Positions 35,750 to 46,530 are shown, numbered from the stretch's first letter. The stretch is 64,000 nt of DNA from Candidatus Latescibacterota bacterium (GCA_965261395.1 OZ253462.1:6304001-6368000), one strand, 5' to 3'. A program made the numbers and translations. Notes: generated by a model from the letters alone, not told the origin.

Positions 35750-38700
35750 AACTAGTCGAATTTTCCACCCGCCGCCGCGTCACAGTGGCGATGCTCATGG
35801 TGGCGATCATCGTCTTTGGCGGTGTGGGTTTTTCGCGCCTAGCCGTCAACCTCCTCCCCGACATCACCTATCCCACCATCACCGTCCGCACCGAATACGA
35901 GGGCGTGGCCCCCCTCGAAATCGAGCGCCTCATTTCCGAGCCGGTCGAAGGCTTGGTCGGCGTGGTCAGCAACGTGGTCCGCGTTTCGTCGATCTCGCGG
36001 CCGGGCATCTCCGATGTGGTTGTCGAATTCGGCTGGGGCACCAACATGGACTTTGCCTCGCTCGACATCCGCGAAAAGCTCGATTTGGCCAACCTGCCGC
36101 GCGACGCTGGCAAGCCTATCCTCTTGCGCTTCGACCCCTCGCTCGACCCCGTAATGCGCTTGGCGTTTTACGGCAAGTTGAGCCTGATGGAGATGCGGCG
36201 CGTCGCCGAAGAGCGGCTGCGCCCCGATCTCGAAAGCCTCGAAGGCGTGGCCGCGGTCAGGATCAACGGCGGCCTAGAGGAAGAGATCCAAGTCGAGGTC
36301 GAAACCCAGCGCCTGGCTCACCTCGGCATCTCCATTAGTCAGGTCACCAGCCGCCTCGCCGCGGAAAACGTCAACCTGACCGGCGGAATGCTCAAGGATG
36401 GCGAGGCCGAGTTCCTCGTCAGGACCCTCAACGAGTTCCAAGGCATCGACGAGATCGGCGAGATCATCGTCGGCCAGATCGACCGCGCTCCGATCAAGCT
36501 CAAGGACGTCGGTCGCGTCTTCCGCGGCCACCGCGAGCGCGACCTTGTCACCCGTATCAACGGCCGCGAAGGCGTCGAGGTCTCGGTCTTCAAGGAAGGC
36601 GACGCCAACACCGTCCAAGTCAGCGCGGCGGTACAGGAGCGCTTGGACGAATTTCTCGCCGAAAACGCCTCGCTGCTCCAAGACAGCGGCATGGAGGTCG
36701 TCTTCAACCAAGCGACCTTTATCCAGCAGGCCGTTGACGAGGTGCTCAACACCGCCATCATCGGCGGCATCCTCGCCATCGTCGTGCTGTTCCTCTTCCT
36801 CCGCGACCTCAAAAGCACGGCCATCATCGGCCTGTCAATCCCCCTCTCGGTGGTGGCGACCTTTTTCCTGATGTTCGGCTCGGACGTAAGCCTCAATATC
36901 ATGTCGCTGGGCGGGCTGGCTTTGGGGGTCGGGATGCTGGTTGACAACTCGATTGTGGTCTTGGAAAGCGTGCAGCGCTACCGCGCACAGGGGCTTAGTG
37001 CCTTGGCCGCGGCCGTGCGCGGTGCCAGTGAAGTCGGCCGCGCCGTCATCGCCGCCACCACCACCACCATCTGCGTTTTTCTGCCCATCGTCTTCGTCGA
37101 AGGCGTCGCCGGCCAGCTCTTCCGCGACCAAGCGCTGACCGTCACCTATTCGCTGGTTGCCTCCCTCGTGGTGGCGCTAATGCTGATCCCCATGCTCTCG
37201 TCGCTGAGCCTCGAGCGCATGATCTCCGAGGCCGACGAGACCGGCCCCAAACGCGGCGTCAAAGGGCCCGCATTCCTCATCGACCTGATCCGCACCGCAG
37301 CCCGCGGGGCTGGCCGCGTCTTTTCCGTCCTGCTCTTTCCGCTGTACTGGCTCTTCGACCTCGTCTTTAACGCGCTCAACAAAATATACCCGCTCCTTTT
37401 GAGCTGGGCGCTGCGCCGCCGCCTGCTGGTCCTCGCCATCTTTATCGCCCTGGGGGCCTTGGTCCTCGAGCGGGCGCGCAGCCTAGGGCTGGAGCTGATC
37501 CCGGAGATGAGCCAAGGCGAATTCCTCGTCGATTTGGAATGGCGCGCTGGCACCCCGCTGGAGCAGACCGCCGTCCAAGTCGCCGCCATTGACGGACAGA
37601 TCCGCGGTCTCGATGGAATCGCCTCGGTCTTTGCCCTCGTCGGCAGCAGTGGCCAGACCGGCGGCACGGCCGCGGACAAAAAGGAGCACACCGCCAACCT
37701 CCACGTGCGGCTCGCGCCGGCGGCCAGCGAAGACGCGGCCATCGAAGCGGCCCGCGGCCTCCTCGGGGACATTCCCGACCTGAAGTTCAAATTCTCGCGG
37801 CCGAGTTATTTCTCCTTCCGCACTCCGATAGAGGTGGAAATCAGCGGCTACAGTCTGAGCACCCTCGATCTGTTGGCCGATCAAGCGGTTGAGCGTCTGC
37901 ACACCATCCCCGGACTGACCGACATCCGCTCGAGCACGGCCGGCGGCCAACCCGAAGTCCAGATCGTCTTCGACCGCCGGCGCGTCGCCGAGCTGGGCAC
38001 CACCCTGCAGAATATCGGCGAGCTGTTGCGCAACAAGCTGCAAGGCGATGTCGCCACCGAGCTAGCGCGCCGCGACCGCAAGGTCGATATCCGGGTGCGC
38101 GCCCTCGACGAGGAGCGCCAGACCGTTGCCGACCTCAAGCGCATGGTCGTCAGCCCGGCCTCCTACCCCGTGCCGGTCGCGCTAGAATCGGTCGCCGAAG
38201 TACAGGCCGTGGACGGCCCTGCCGAGATTCGCCGCCTCGATCAAGAGCGCGTCGCCGTCATCTCGGCCAACCTCGACGGACGCGATCTGGGCGGCGTAGT
38301 AGAGGAGATTGAAGCCACCCTTGCCGACTTGCCCCTGCCCGAGGGCTTCAGGGTGGCCATCGGTGGCCAGAACGAAGAGATGGTGCGCTCCTTCGACAGC
38401 ATGCAATTCGCCCTGCTACTGGCCGTATTCTTGGTCTATCTGGTAATGGCCTCGCAGTTTGAATCGCTTTTGCATCCGCTGGTCATCATGTTCACCATTC
38501 CCTTGGGGCTAATCGGCAGCGCCCTCGGCCTACTCGCGACGGGCACCACCATCAGCGTGGTGGTGCTCATTGGCCTGATCATGCTCGCCGGCATTGTCGT
38601 CAACAATGCCATCGTCCTCGTCGATTATATCAATCATCTGCGCCGCAATGAGGGGATGGAAAAATTCGTCGCCGTGCTGCGCGCTGGCGAGGTGCGCTTC

Positions 38701-38886
38701 CGGCCAATCCTAATGACGACCTCGACCACCGTCCTCGGGCTGTTGCCCATGGCCCTAGGGCTGGGCGAGGGCTCCGAGATCCGCGCGCCTATGGCCATTA
38801 CCGTCATCGGCGGGCTTTTGGTATCCACCCTGCTGACCCTGGTACTCATTCCGGTGGTCTATACCCTGATGGATCGCAGCGCTTAG
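35746..38886 (+). CDS. RND efflux permease subunit (AcrB/AcrD/AcrF family)
   Basis: 1046 aa; GMLVDNSIVVLE, SQFESL.HP, GIVVNNAIVLVD, RFRPILMT. Confidence 0.96.
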   Translation: MKLVEFSTRRRVTVAMLMVAIIVFGGVGFSRLAVNLLPDITYPTITVRTEYEGVAPLEIERLISEPVEGLVGVVSNVVRVSSISRPGISDVVVEFGWGTNMDFASLDIREKLDLANLPRDAGKPILLRFDPSLDPVMRLAFYGKLSLMEMRRVAEERLRPDLESLEGVAAVRINGGLEEEIQVEVETQRLAHLGISISQVTSRLAAENVNLTGGMLKDGEAEFLVRTLNEFQGIDEIGEIIVGQIDRAPIKLKDVGRVFRGHRERDLVTRINGREGVEVSVFKEGDANTVQVSAAVQERLDEFLAENASLLQDSGMEVVFNQATFIQQAVDEVLNTAIIGGILAIVVLFLFLRDLKSTAIIGLSIPLSVVATFFLMFGSDVSLNIMSLGGLALGVGMLVDNSIVVLESVQRYRAQGLSALAAAVRGASEVGRAVIAATTTTICVFLPIVFVEGVAGQLFRDQALTVTYSLVASLVVALMLIPMLSSLSLERMISEADETGPKRGVKGPAFLIDLIRTAARGAGRVFSVLLFPLYWLFDLVFNALNKIYPLLLSWALRRRLLVLAIFIALGALVLERARSLGLELIPEMSQGEFLVDLEWRAGTPLEQTAVQVAAIDGQIRGLDGIASVFALVGSSGQTGGTAADKKEHTANLHVRLAPAASEDAAIEAARGLLGDIPDLKFKFSRPSYFSFRTPIEVEISGYSLSTLDLLADQAVERLHTIPGLTDIRSSTAGGQPEVQIVFDRRRVAELGTTLQNIGELLRNKLQGDVATELARRDRKVDIRVRALDEERQTVADLKRMVVSPASYPVPVALESVAEVQAVDGPAEIRRLDQERVAVISANLDGRDLGGVVEEIEATLADLPLPEGFRVAIGGQNEEMVRSFDSMQFALLLAVFLVYLVMASQFESLLHPLVIMFTIPLGLIGSALGLLATGTTISVVVLIGLIMLAGIVVNNAIVLVDYINHLRRNEGMEKFVAVLRAGEVRFRPILMTTSTTVLGLLPMALGLGEGSEIRAPMAITVIGGLLVSTLLTLVLIPVVYTLMDRSA

Positions 38887-38896
38887 GAGGTTGGTT

Positions 38897-41800
38897 ATGA
38901 CCCTGTCTGAATTCTCGCTCAAACGACCCGTGACCACCCTGATGATCACCTTGTGCGCCTTGGTGGTGGGTGTCGTCGCCTTAGACCGCTTGCCCATGGA
39001 GCAGTTGCCGACCATTTCCTCTTCGGGGATCACGGCCCGAGTCCAGTACAACAATTCCTCTCCCGAAGAGATCGAGCGCTCGGTGACCTTGCCACTGGAG
39101 CAGACGCTGGGCACGCTCAACAATATCGACCGCATGAGTGCGAGTTCGGGGCGCAATCAGGGCCAGGTGCGGGTGGACTTCAAGGCCGGCACCGACATGG
39201 ATTTGGCCAACATGGAGATGCGCGAAAAACTCGACCAAGCCCGCGCCCTCCTGCCCCCGGACGTCGATCGCGTCAGCCTGCGCCGCTGGCAGTCCGACCA
39301 GCGCGCCGTCGTGGACGCCGATCTGGCTTGGCGCGGCGACGGCGACCGCCTGCTCGACATAATCCAGAAGGTCATCGAGCCGAGGATATTGCGGCTCAAT
39401 GGCGTCGCCAACGTGGCCCTTGACGACTTCGAGGAGAAACAGCTCATCGTCGAGCTGGACCAGGAGCGCTTGCAGACTCACAATATATCGCTGCCTTCGC
39501 TCGGCTGGCAGCTCAACCAGAACAACATCAACATTTCTCTGGGCCGAGTCATGGACGGCGACCAGCGCTACATGGCTCGCGCCGTCGGCGAGTTCACCCG
39601 CGCCGAGGATATTGCCACCATGCCGCTTTTGGGCGGTCAGTTCCGCCTCAGCGACATCGGTGAGATCAACTACGGCTTCCCCGAAAAGCGCCGCTACGAG
39701 CGGCTCAACGGCGTCGATGCGCTGGAGCTAGAAGTTTTCAAAGCCTCTACCGCCAATGTCATCGATGTCGGCGAGGCCATCGTCGCTGAGTTGAAGGCGA
39801 TTGAGGCCGAATACGATGGCAAACTCGAAATCGCCATCGTCCGCAACCGCGCCGAGTCGGTGCTCCAAGAAGCCGGCACGCTCGTCAATTCGGCGCTGCT
39901 GGGCGCGTTTTTGGCAATGATTATCATCTTCGTCTTCCTGCGCAACATCCGCTCGACCATTGTCATCGCCCTCGCCATCCCCGCCTCGGCGCTGTGCGTC
40001 TTTATCGGCATGTACGTCGCCCGCGAGGTCTTTGAATCGACCATCACCCTCAACATGGTCTCGATGATGGGGCTGATGCTGGCAGTGGGGATGTTAGTCG
40101 ATCCGGCGGTGGTGGTGCTGGAGAGCATTTTCCGCCGCCGCCAAGAAGACGGCCTCGAAGCTGATGAGGCTGCCCGCGTCGGCAGCCGCGAAGTAGGCAT
40201 GGCGGTGCTAGCCTCGGCGCTGACGACGATCTGCGTCTTCGTGCCTTTCTTCTTTCTTTCCGATGGTCGCTCGGCCGCGTGGATGAAGGACGCCGGGATC
40301 GCGATATGCCTCGCCGTAGTGGTGTCGATGATCGTCTCGTTGTCGCTGATCCCGCTGGTTTCCTCGCGGCTGTTGCGCGCCGGGGTCGAGCGCTTCGACC
40401 GCTGGCTCAAGCTGCTGGTCGTCGCCATCGTGGTAGGCATTGCCTACTGGCAGATCAGCGACCTTGGCTGGCGAGGGTTGCAGGTTTGGTGGGGCCACTG
40501 GTCCAGGCTGATCGCTATCTCAATCGGTGGGATGCAGTGGCAAACCATCCTCGGCTGCGCGCTCACTGCGCTGGCCGGAGCCGCGCTCGGCTGGTACTGC
40601 TCCCGCCACGGCCTGCGCTCCTCGTACGGCCGCTTGCTCAACTGGACGCTCGACCACCGCTGGGTCGCGCTAGTGGCCACGGTGGCGCTGACCGGCACCG
40701 GCTATTACCTCTACGACCAAATCGAACAGCGCGGCACCCCCTGGACCCCGGAGCGCCGGGTCGATATGTCGGTGGTCATCGACCGCAGCTACAGCCTCGA
40801 TGAGATCCGCGCGCACTTCGACCAGATCGAAGACATCATCTTGGCAAAAAAGGACTCGCTCGACATTGAATCGCTCTCGACGAACTTCCGCCAGCGCCGA
40901 GGCAGCATCCGCGCCTATCTAGTCGATGCCGACGCGGGTAAATTCTCAACTATGGAAGCTGGCAACGCCATCAAGAACCTGCTGCCGGAGAAGGTGGGCT
41001 ACACGTACAAAATGGGCCGCTCGCGCAGTTGGTCGGGCAACCAACTTGGCGTCGAAGTCCAACTCCACGGCCGCAACCCAGAAGTCCTAGCAGTGCTAAT
41101 GGAGGACGTCAAAGCCGGTCTCGAACAGCTACCCGGGGTCCAAGACGTCGATAGCAGCCTCGAAGACGGCGAGGAGGAAGTCCGCGTCGAAATCAACCGC
41201 GCCCAAGCACTCAGCTATGGGCTGTCGCCGCGCGAGGTGGCCCAGGGCATCTCTTCAGCCTTGGGCACCCGTCGCACTAGCGGCTTCAAAAGCGACGACC
41301 GCGAAATCGACATCGTCATGCAGCTCAACGAGGGCGACCGCGCCACCCTAGACCAGCTCAAAAACAGCCGCTACGAGACCCGCGACGGCAACTCGGTCCA
41401 GCTAGCGTCGTTGGCCAACTTCCAGCTTAGCCACGGCCCCCGCGATCTCAGACGCGAGAACCGGGTGCTCAACGTCACCGTCTTCGCCAACACCGAAAAC
41501 CGTCAGGCAGCCCGCCTGCTGATCCAGCCGATCACCCAGATGATGGAAGGGATGCAGCTACCCGCCGGCTATAGTTGGGATCTGGGGCGGGCGGCGCGCT
41601 GGCAGCAGCAGGAGGCCAGCGACAACAGCTTCACCGCCATTTTTGCCATCCTGCTAATCTACCTGATTATGGCCTCGCTCTTCGAGTCTCTGATCCATCC
41701 CTTCACCATCATGTTCGCCATCCCCTTTTCCCTGATCGGCGTGGCCTTGGGGCTGTATATCCTCGACGTGCCCTTTGACAACAACGGTGTCTTGGGGCTT

Positions 41801-42169
41801 TTGATCCTCTTCGGCATCGTCGTCAACAACGGCATCGTGCTAATAGCCCATATCAACCACCTGCGAGCGAGCGGGCTGTCGCGGCGCGAGGCGATCTGCC
41901 TCGGCGGGCAGCACCGGCTCCGGCCCATCCTGATGACCGCCTTTACCACCATCCTCAACCTGATGCCGATCGTGCTGCCGATGGTCTATGGCACATCCGA
42001 AGGCTTTGCCCGCCGCTGGGGGCCGGTGGGCTTGGTCGTCGCCAGCGGCTTGGCCACTTCGACGTTGCTGACGCTGATGCTGGCCCCGACCCTCTACTCG
42101 CTGTTGGACGATCTGGCGCTGTGGTGCAAACGGGTGATGCGCGTGTCGCACAGCACGGCCAACGCATGA
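38897..42169 (+). CDS. Second RND efflux permease subunit
   Basis: GMLVDPAVVVLE, SLFESL.HP, GIVVNNGIVL, RLRPILMT; AGGAGG before ATG 38897. Confidence 0.95.
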   Translation: MTLSEFSLKRPVTTLMITLCALVVGVVALDRLPMEQLPTISSSGITARVQYNNSSPEEIERSVTLPLEQTLGTLNNIDRMSASSGRNQGQVRVDFKAGTDMDLANMEMREKLDQARALLPPDVDRVSLRRWQSDQRAVVDADLAWRGDGDRLLDIIQKVIEPRILRLNGVANVALDDFEEKQLIVELDQERLQTHNISLPSLGWQLNQNNINISLGRVMDGDQRYMARAVGEFTRAEDIATMPLLGGQFRLSDIGEINYGFPEKRRYERLNGVDALELEVFKASTANVIDVGEAIVAELKAIEAEYDGKLEIAIVRNRAESVLQEAGTLVNSALLGAFLAMIIIFVFLRNIRSTIVIALAIPASALCVFIGMYVAREVFESTITLNMVSMMGLMLAVGMLVDPAVVVLESIFRRRQEDGLEADEAARVGSREVGMAVLASALTTICVFVPFFFLSDGRSAAWMKDAGIAICLAVVVSMIVSLSLIPLVSSRLLRAGVERFDRWLKLLVVAIVVGIAYWQISDLGWRGLQVWWGHWSRLIAISIGGMQWQTILGCALTALAGAALGWYCSRHGLRSSYGRLLNWTLDHRWVALVATVALTGTGYYLYDQIEQRGTPWTPERRVDMSVVIDRSYSLDEIRAHFDQIEDIILAKKDSLDIESLSTNFRQRRGSIRAYLVDADAGKFSTMEAGNAIKNLLPEKVGYTYKMGRSRSWSGNQLGVEVQLHGRNPEVLAVLMEDVKAGLEQLPGVQDVDSSLEDGEEEVRVEINRAQALSYGLSPREVAQGISSALGTRRTSGFKSDDREIDIVMQLNEGDRATLDQLKNSRYETRDGNSVQLASLANFQLSHGPRDLRRENRVLNVTVFANTENRQAARLLIQPITQMMEGMQLPAGYSWDLGRAARWQQQEASDNSFTAIFAILLIYLIMASLFESLIHPFTIMFAIPFSLIGVALGLYILDVPFDNNGVLGLLILFGIVVNNGIVLIAHINHLRASGLSRREAICLGGQHRLRPILMTAFTTILNLMPIVLPMVYGTSEGFARRWGPVGLVVASGLATSTLLTLMLAPTLYSLLDDLALWCKRVMRVSHSTANA

Positions 42170-42172
42170 AGA

Positions 42173-42197
42173 TAGGGGCGTCCCTGTGGACGCCCTA
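42173..42197. repeat. REP-like short hairpin
   Basis: TAGG-GGCGTCC-CTGT-GGACGCC-CTA in the intergenic gap; single copy in window. Confidence 0.35.
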
Positions 42198-42235
42198 GGG
42201 ACTGACGCAACGGGTGTCGCGAATAAGGGGTAAGC

Positions 42236-44581
42236 ATGACGGAAACTGAACGCAGCATAGCAGAACGCGCAGAGCCGCTTTTTCGCGCTACCGTGCCAGC
42301 GCAGGTGCGGCGCGAACTGGCCGAGGTAGTAAGCATCGACGAAGAGTTCCGCCTAGCGGTGGCTACCGATATTAAGCTCGACGGCCAGTACGGCGAGGCG
42401 TGGCTAATGGCCACCGCCGACCATCTGGTGGCCTTCAGCCCCGACGGCGGTGGACCGCCCGATGTGGTCTGCTTGCCCCTGAACGAAATAAAGGGCGTGG
42501 AGGTGCGCGAGGATTGGGGCACCGCGGCCCTCAAGGTGCGCACCGCAGAGCGGGGCGCGACCATGGCCGTATTCTCCAAGAGCTTGGTGCCAGCACTGTC
42601 CGAACTGCCCAATCAGGTCGAGCGCTTGGTCAAGCAAGCAAACCCGACGGACCCCGATGGCCAAGTGCTCCACGGGCGACTGGCCGGAGCTAGAGCCGGG
42701 CGCGAGCGCTGCGACCGCTGCGGCCAAGTCATTCCGAGGCACTACGGAGTATGCCCGGCCTGTCTGGAAAAGGGCAAACTGCTGTTCCGGCTGTTGGGCT
42801 ATGCCCAGCCACATTGGAAGCTCATTGCCCTGAGTCTGTTGCTCATGGTGGTGGCCACGACCATTGGCTTGGGCCAGCCGCTGCTGATGAGAGTCCTCAT
42901 CGACGATGTCTTGAATGCCGGTGCCGTTTCGTCCATGAGCGATGAGGCGGACTTTGATCTGCTGGCTCTTTTGCCGGTGTCCAAGGACGATCCAGTCGCT
43001 GTGCTGGCTTGGCTGGTGGGCTTGTTGATATTCATGAACCTCACCGTCAGCGGCTTGTCGGGTCTGCGCGGCTACATCATGGCCCGCATCGGCCAGCGCG
43101 TCACCTACGGCCTGCGCAACGAAGTGTACACCCACCTCCACGCACTGTCGCTTAGTTATTACAACAAAAACGAGACTGGGCGCATTATGGCCAGTGTCAC
43201 CCAAGACGTGGGCCGCTTGCAGGATTTTATCAGCGACGGTCTGCAAGAAGCCATCCGCGATGTGCTCACCTTGGTCATCATTTGCATCATCCTCTTTGCG
43301 CTCAATCCCGGGCTGGCGGCCCTCGTGCTGCTGCCGACGCCTCTACTGGTGTGGGCGACGCTGAGCTTTGGCAAGCGACTGCACGCCATCTACCGACCTT
43401 TGTGGCACCGCTGGGCCGGCCTGAGCGCCCTGCTGGCCGATACCATCCCGGGCGTGCGCGTAGTCAAGGCATTTGCCCAAGAACAGCGGGAAGTGGGCAA
43501 ATTCAAGGGCCGCAGCCTAGATCTGCTGCGGGGCGAATTGCGGGTGGCGTGGATGCGCAGCCTGTTCGGCCCGGTCATGGCCTTTATAACCTCCATCGGC
43601 ACCATCATCATCTGGTGGGTCGGCGGCCGCGATATTTTGGCTGGTGAGCTGACGTTGGGAGCCTTTGTCGCCTTTACCAGTTACATGTATCGCTTCTACG
43701 GGCCGGTGGAGAGCTTGTGCCGCCTCAACCACCGCTTCCAGCGCGCCGCCACCTCGGCCGAGCGCGTCTTTGAAGTACTCGATACCCACCCAGAGGTGAT
43801 CGACCAGCCCGGGGCTATGACCATGCCGCCCATCGAGGGCCGGGTCGAATTCCGCGGCGTCCACTTCGGCTATGAGGAAGACAAGCCCGTCATTGAGGAT
43901 TTGAATTTCGTCGTCGAGCCGGGCGAGATGATCGGCTTGGCTGGGCACAGCGGCGCTGGCAAGAGCACCTTGATCAATCTCATCTGCCGCTTCTACGAGC
44001 CGCAGGAGGGGGCCATTCTCATCGACGGCCACGACGCCCGCCAAGTGAACCTCAAATCGCTGCGCGAGCAGATTGGCGTGGTCTTGCAGGATCCGTTCCT
44101 CTTCAACGGCACGGTGGCCGACAACATTGCCTACGGCCATCCTGAATCTTCCCTCGAACAGATCGTCGCCGCGGCCAAGGCCGCCAATGCGCACGACTTC
44201 ATTATGAACATGGCCGACGGGTACGACACCTTGGTCGGCGAGCGCGGCACCCGCGTATCCGGGGGCGAGCGGCAGCGGCTGTCCATTGCCCGGGCCATTT
44301 TGCGCGACCCGCGCATTCTCATCCTCGACGAAGCCACCTCCAACGTCGATACCGAGACCGAATCGCAAATTCAGGAGGCGTTGGAGCGGCTCATCCAAGG
44401 GCGCACCACCTTTGCCATTGCCCATCGCTTATCGACCCTCAAAAACTCCCACCGTCTGCTCATTCTCGACAAGGGTAAACTCGCCGAGATCGGCACCCAC
44501 GACGAGCTGATTGAACAGGATGGCATCTACGCCAAGTTGTGCCGCATGCAGGCTGAAATGTCCAGACTGAGAGCTTGGTAA
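42236..44581 (+). CDS. ABC exporter, fused permease/ATP-binding protein with N-terminal extension and Zn ribbon
   Basis: CDRC..CPAC; TM domain; GHSGAGKST, VSGGERQR, ILDEATS, IAHRLST. Confidence 0.95.
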   Translation: MTETERSIAERAEPLFRATVPAQVRRELAEVVSIDEEFRLAVATDIKLDGQYGEAWLMATADHLVAFSPDGGGPPDVVCLPLNEIKGVEVREDWGTAALKVRTAERGATMAVFSKSLVPALSELPNQVERLVKQANPTDPDGQVLHGRLAGARAGRERCDRCGQVIPRHYGVCPACLEKGKLLFRLLGYAQPHWKLIALSLLLMVVATTIGLGQPLLMRVLIDDVLNAGAVSSMSDEADFDLLALLPVSKDDPVAVLAWLVGLLIFMNLTVSGLSGLRGYIMARIGQRVTYGLRNEVYTHLHALSLSYYNKNETGRIMASVTQDVGRLQDFISDGLQEAIRDVLTLVIICIILFALNPGLAALVLLPTPLLVWATLSFGKRLHAIYRPLWHRWAGLSALLADTIPGVRVVKAFAQEQREVGKFKGRSLDLLRGELRVAWMRSLFGPVMAFITSIGTIIIWWVGGRDILAGELTLGAFVAFTSYMYRFYGPVESLCRLNHRFQRAATSAERVFEVLDTHPEVIDQPGAMTMPPIEGRVEFRGVHFGYEEDKPVIEDLNFVVEPGEMIGLAGHSGAGKSTLINLICRFYEPQEGAILIDGHDARQVNLKSLREQIGVVLQDPFLFNGTVADNIAYGHPESSLEQIVAAAKAANAHDFIMNMADGYDTLVGERGTRVSGGERQRLSIARAILRDPRILILDEATSNVDTETESQIQEALERLIQGRTTFAIAHRLSTLKNSHRLLILDKGKLAEIGTHDELIEQDGIYAKLCRMQAEMSRLRAW

Positions 44582-44585
44582 AACC

Positions 44586-45098
44586 ATGCAGCAGCGCCAG
44601 AATTTAGCCGCTGAAGTCGCCTATCTCGACCCGGATAAGGCGCGGTTTTTTGTCGATGCTTTCGAGGACTTGAACCTAGAGTTGACCGGGGACCAGACCT
44701 ATCCGAGGGTCCGGGTCAAACGGGCTTTTCCCCTGAGCTGCGACGACTGCTTTATCGTCGTCCAAGACCGCGAAGGCGAGGAGATAGGCTCGCTGGCCCG
44801 GCTCGACTCGCTAGATCGGGCCAGTCGTCAAGCCCTGGAAGACGAGTTGGAGCGGGCCTATTTCTCTCCGCACATCCAGCGCATCGTCAACGTGACAGTG
44901 GCCAATCGAGTGCCGCGCTGGGAAGTAGAGACCGACCGGGGACCCCGCGCCTTTGAAATCTATTCCAGCCGCCGCGATATCCGCCATTTGGGCGGCGGAC
45001 GGGTACTGGTGCAAGACGCCGACGGCAACCGCTACGAAATCCCTGATTATCGGCTCTTGGAGCCAGCCAGCCGGGCCTTGGTCGAGGAAATGATTTAA
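44586..45098 (+). CDS. DUF1854 family protein
   Basis: RAFPLS, EL...YF.P.I..I, W.VETDRG, D.DGNRY.IPD...L...SR; usual partner of this ABC type. Confidence 0.85.
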   Translation: MQQRQNLAAEVAYLDPDKARFFVDAFEDLNLELTGDQTYPRVRVKRAFPLSCDDCFIVVQDREGEEIGSLARLDSLDRASRQALEDELERAYFSPHIQRIVNVTVANRVPRWEVETDRGPRAFEIYSSRRDIRHLGGGRVLVQDADGNRYEIPDYRLLEPASRALVEEMI

Positions 45099-45178
45099 CT
45101 CTCTCGCCGCCCCTATTGCCGACACACGTGGATACAGCGTAAGAGCACCCGCATCACCACCAAGAAAAAGGAAATCGC

Positions 45179-46168
45179 ATGCGCCAAGGGATGTTCAAGT
45201 TGTCGATGACGCTGGGCAGAAGCCCACGAGAGCAACCCGAGCGGGTGAAGATCTGCCGGGAAATGGGCGTCACCGGCTGCGTAACATCGCCACCCCTCGA
45301 CGGGATCGGTCGCGATCAGTACGCGGCGGCCATGCGCCAGCAAAAGGAGGGATGGGCCGAGGCAGGGTTTTCGATCCCCGTGTACGAGACCATGACGCCC
45401 ACCCGCTCCGAACACATACGCCGAGGAAGCCCAGGCCGCGACGAGGAACTGTTGGACTTTATCGCCGCTGTGGAGGCCATGGGCAAAGTCGGCATTCCCG
45501 TGCTGTGCTACAACCTCGGCGCTGGCGGCTCGCGCACCGATTGGGTGCCCACGCGCGGTGGTGCCATCTCCTCGCAATTCGACTATGCGGAGTCGCACCA
45601 CGAGCCACCTCTTGCGGAGATCCAAACGGAGAAAGAACTCTGGAACAACCTGACTTGGCTGCTCGAGCGCATCATCCCCGTCGCCGAAAAGGCCAATGTC
45701 CGCATGGGCTATCACCCCAACGATCCGCCGATCTCGCCCTATCGGGGGTCCGCCCAAATCATGGTCAGTGCCGCCGCGTACCGCCGCCTAATCAAGATCG
45801 CACCGAGTCCTTGCAACGGCGTCACGTTCTGCCAAGGCAATTTCAAGGCCATGGGCGAGGATATCTACTCGGTGGCGCGGGAGTTCACCGAACAGGGCAA
45901 GGTTCACTTTATCCACTACCGCGACGTCGAGGGCACGGCGGGAACGCGATTTACGGAAACCTTTCACGACGACGGTCCTACAGATATGGCGCGAATGCTG
46001 GAAATCTACTCCCGCGCCGGCTTCGTAGGACCCATCCGCCCCGACCACGCGCCGACGATGGGGTCCGAGGATGCGGAGACGACCCGTGGCTACGGCATAC
46101 TCGGGAAGATCTTCGCCTTCGGCTACATGATCGGCATGATGCAGGCGCAAAACTTGGCCTACGAATGA
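45179..46168 (+). CDS. uxuA: Mannonate dehydratase family protein
   Basis: GIPVLCYN, LWNNLTWLLERIIPVAE, HPNDPP, NGVTFCQG, HFIHYRDV, ETFHDDG, IRPDHAPTM. Confidence 0.88.
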   Translation: MRQGMFKLSMTLGRSPREQPERVKICREMGVTGCVTSPPLDGIGRDQYAAAMRQQKEGWAEAGFSIPVYETMTPTRSEHIRRGSPGRDEELLDFIAAVEAMGKVGIPVLCYNLGAGGSRTDWVPTRGGAISSQFDYAESHHEPPLAEIQTEKELWNNLTWLLERIIPVAEKANVRMGYHPNDPPISPYRGSAQIMVSAAAYRRLIKIAPSPCNGVTFCQGNFKAMGEDIYSVAREFTEQGKVHFIHYRDVEGTAGTRFTETFHDDGPTDMARMLEIYSRAGFVGPIRPDHAPTMGSEDAETTRGYGILGKIFAFGYMIGMMQAQNLAYE

Positions 46169-46530
46169 GGAGCGGCGCGTTTCTCCCTACATCGGTGAAT
46201 GGTGATCCTTTGTGGTTTACCTCTAAGGGTCGGGCTTATTTTGTTCTCTGTGGGGGCGATCCTACCCCTGTAGGTTACGATGTTGAAGGCACTCCCGATG
46301 AACCGCGTGGTTGGGCCAAATGGTTAAAGTTTATTGAAAATAGGGCCGATTTAGGTAAGGCGTATTTCAACTGTGCGCCGGGGATTGGAAACGATCAGTC
46401 CAATCGAGCAAGGGCAGTATTAAAGGGCAAAACTATTACAGCTTCAATGACGTATCGTATGAGCGACAATCCCGGTGATAGGGATAATTGGCGTACCGTA
46501 GATGGATTTAGTCTTACTATCGCACCATAA
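46165..46530 (+). CDS. Hypothetical protein, possibly a 5'-truncated fragment of a foreign gene
   Basis: 121-aa open frame at the start of the AT-rich segment; its stop overlaps the next ATG (TAATG). Confidence 0.4.
   Translation: MRSGAFLPTSVNGDPLWFTSKGRAYFVLCGGDPTPVGYDVEGTPDEPRGWAKWLKFIENRADLGKAYFNCAPGIGNDQSNRARAVLKGKTITASMTYRMSDNPGDRDNWRTVDGFSLTIAP

Noticed and set aside
45352-46530. 392-aa ORF overlapping uxuA
   Set aside because: The first 270 codons are an Arg-rich alternative frame of uxuA; only the part from 46165 is plausible.
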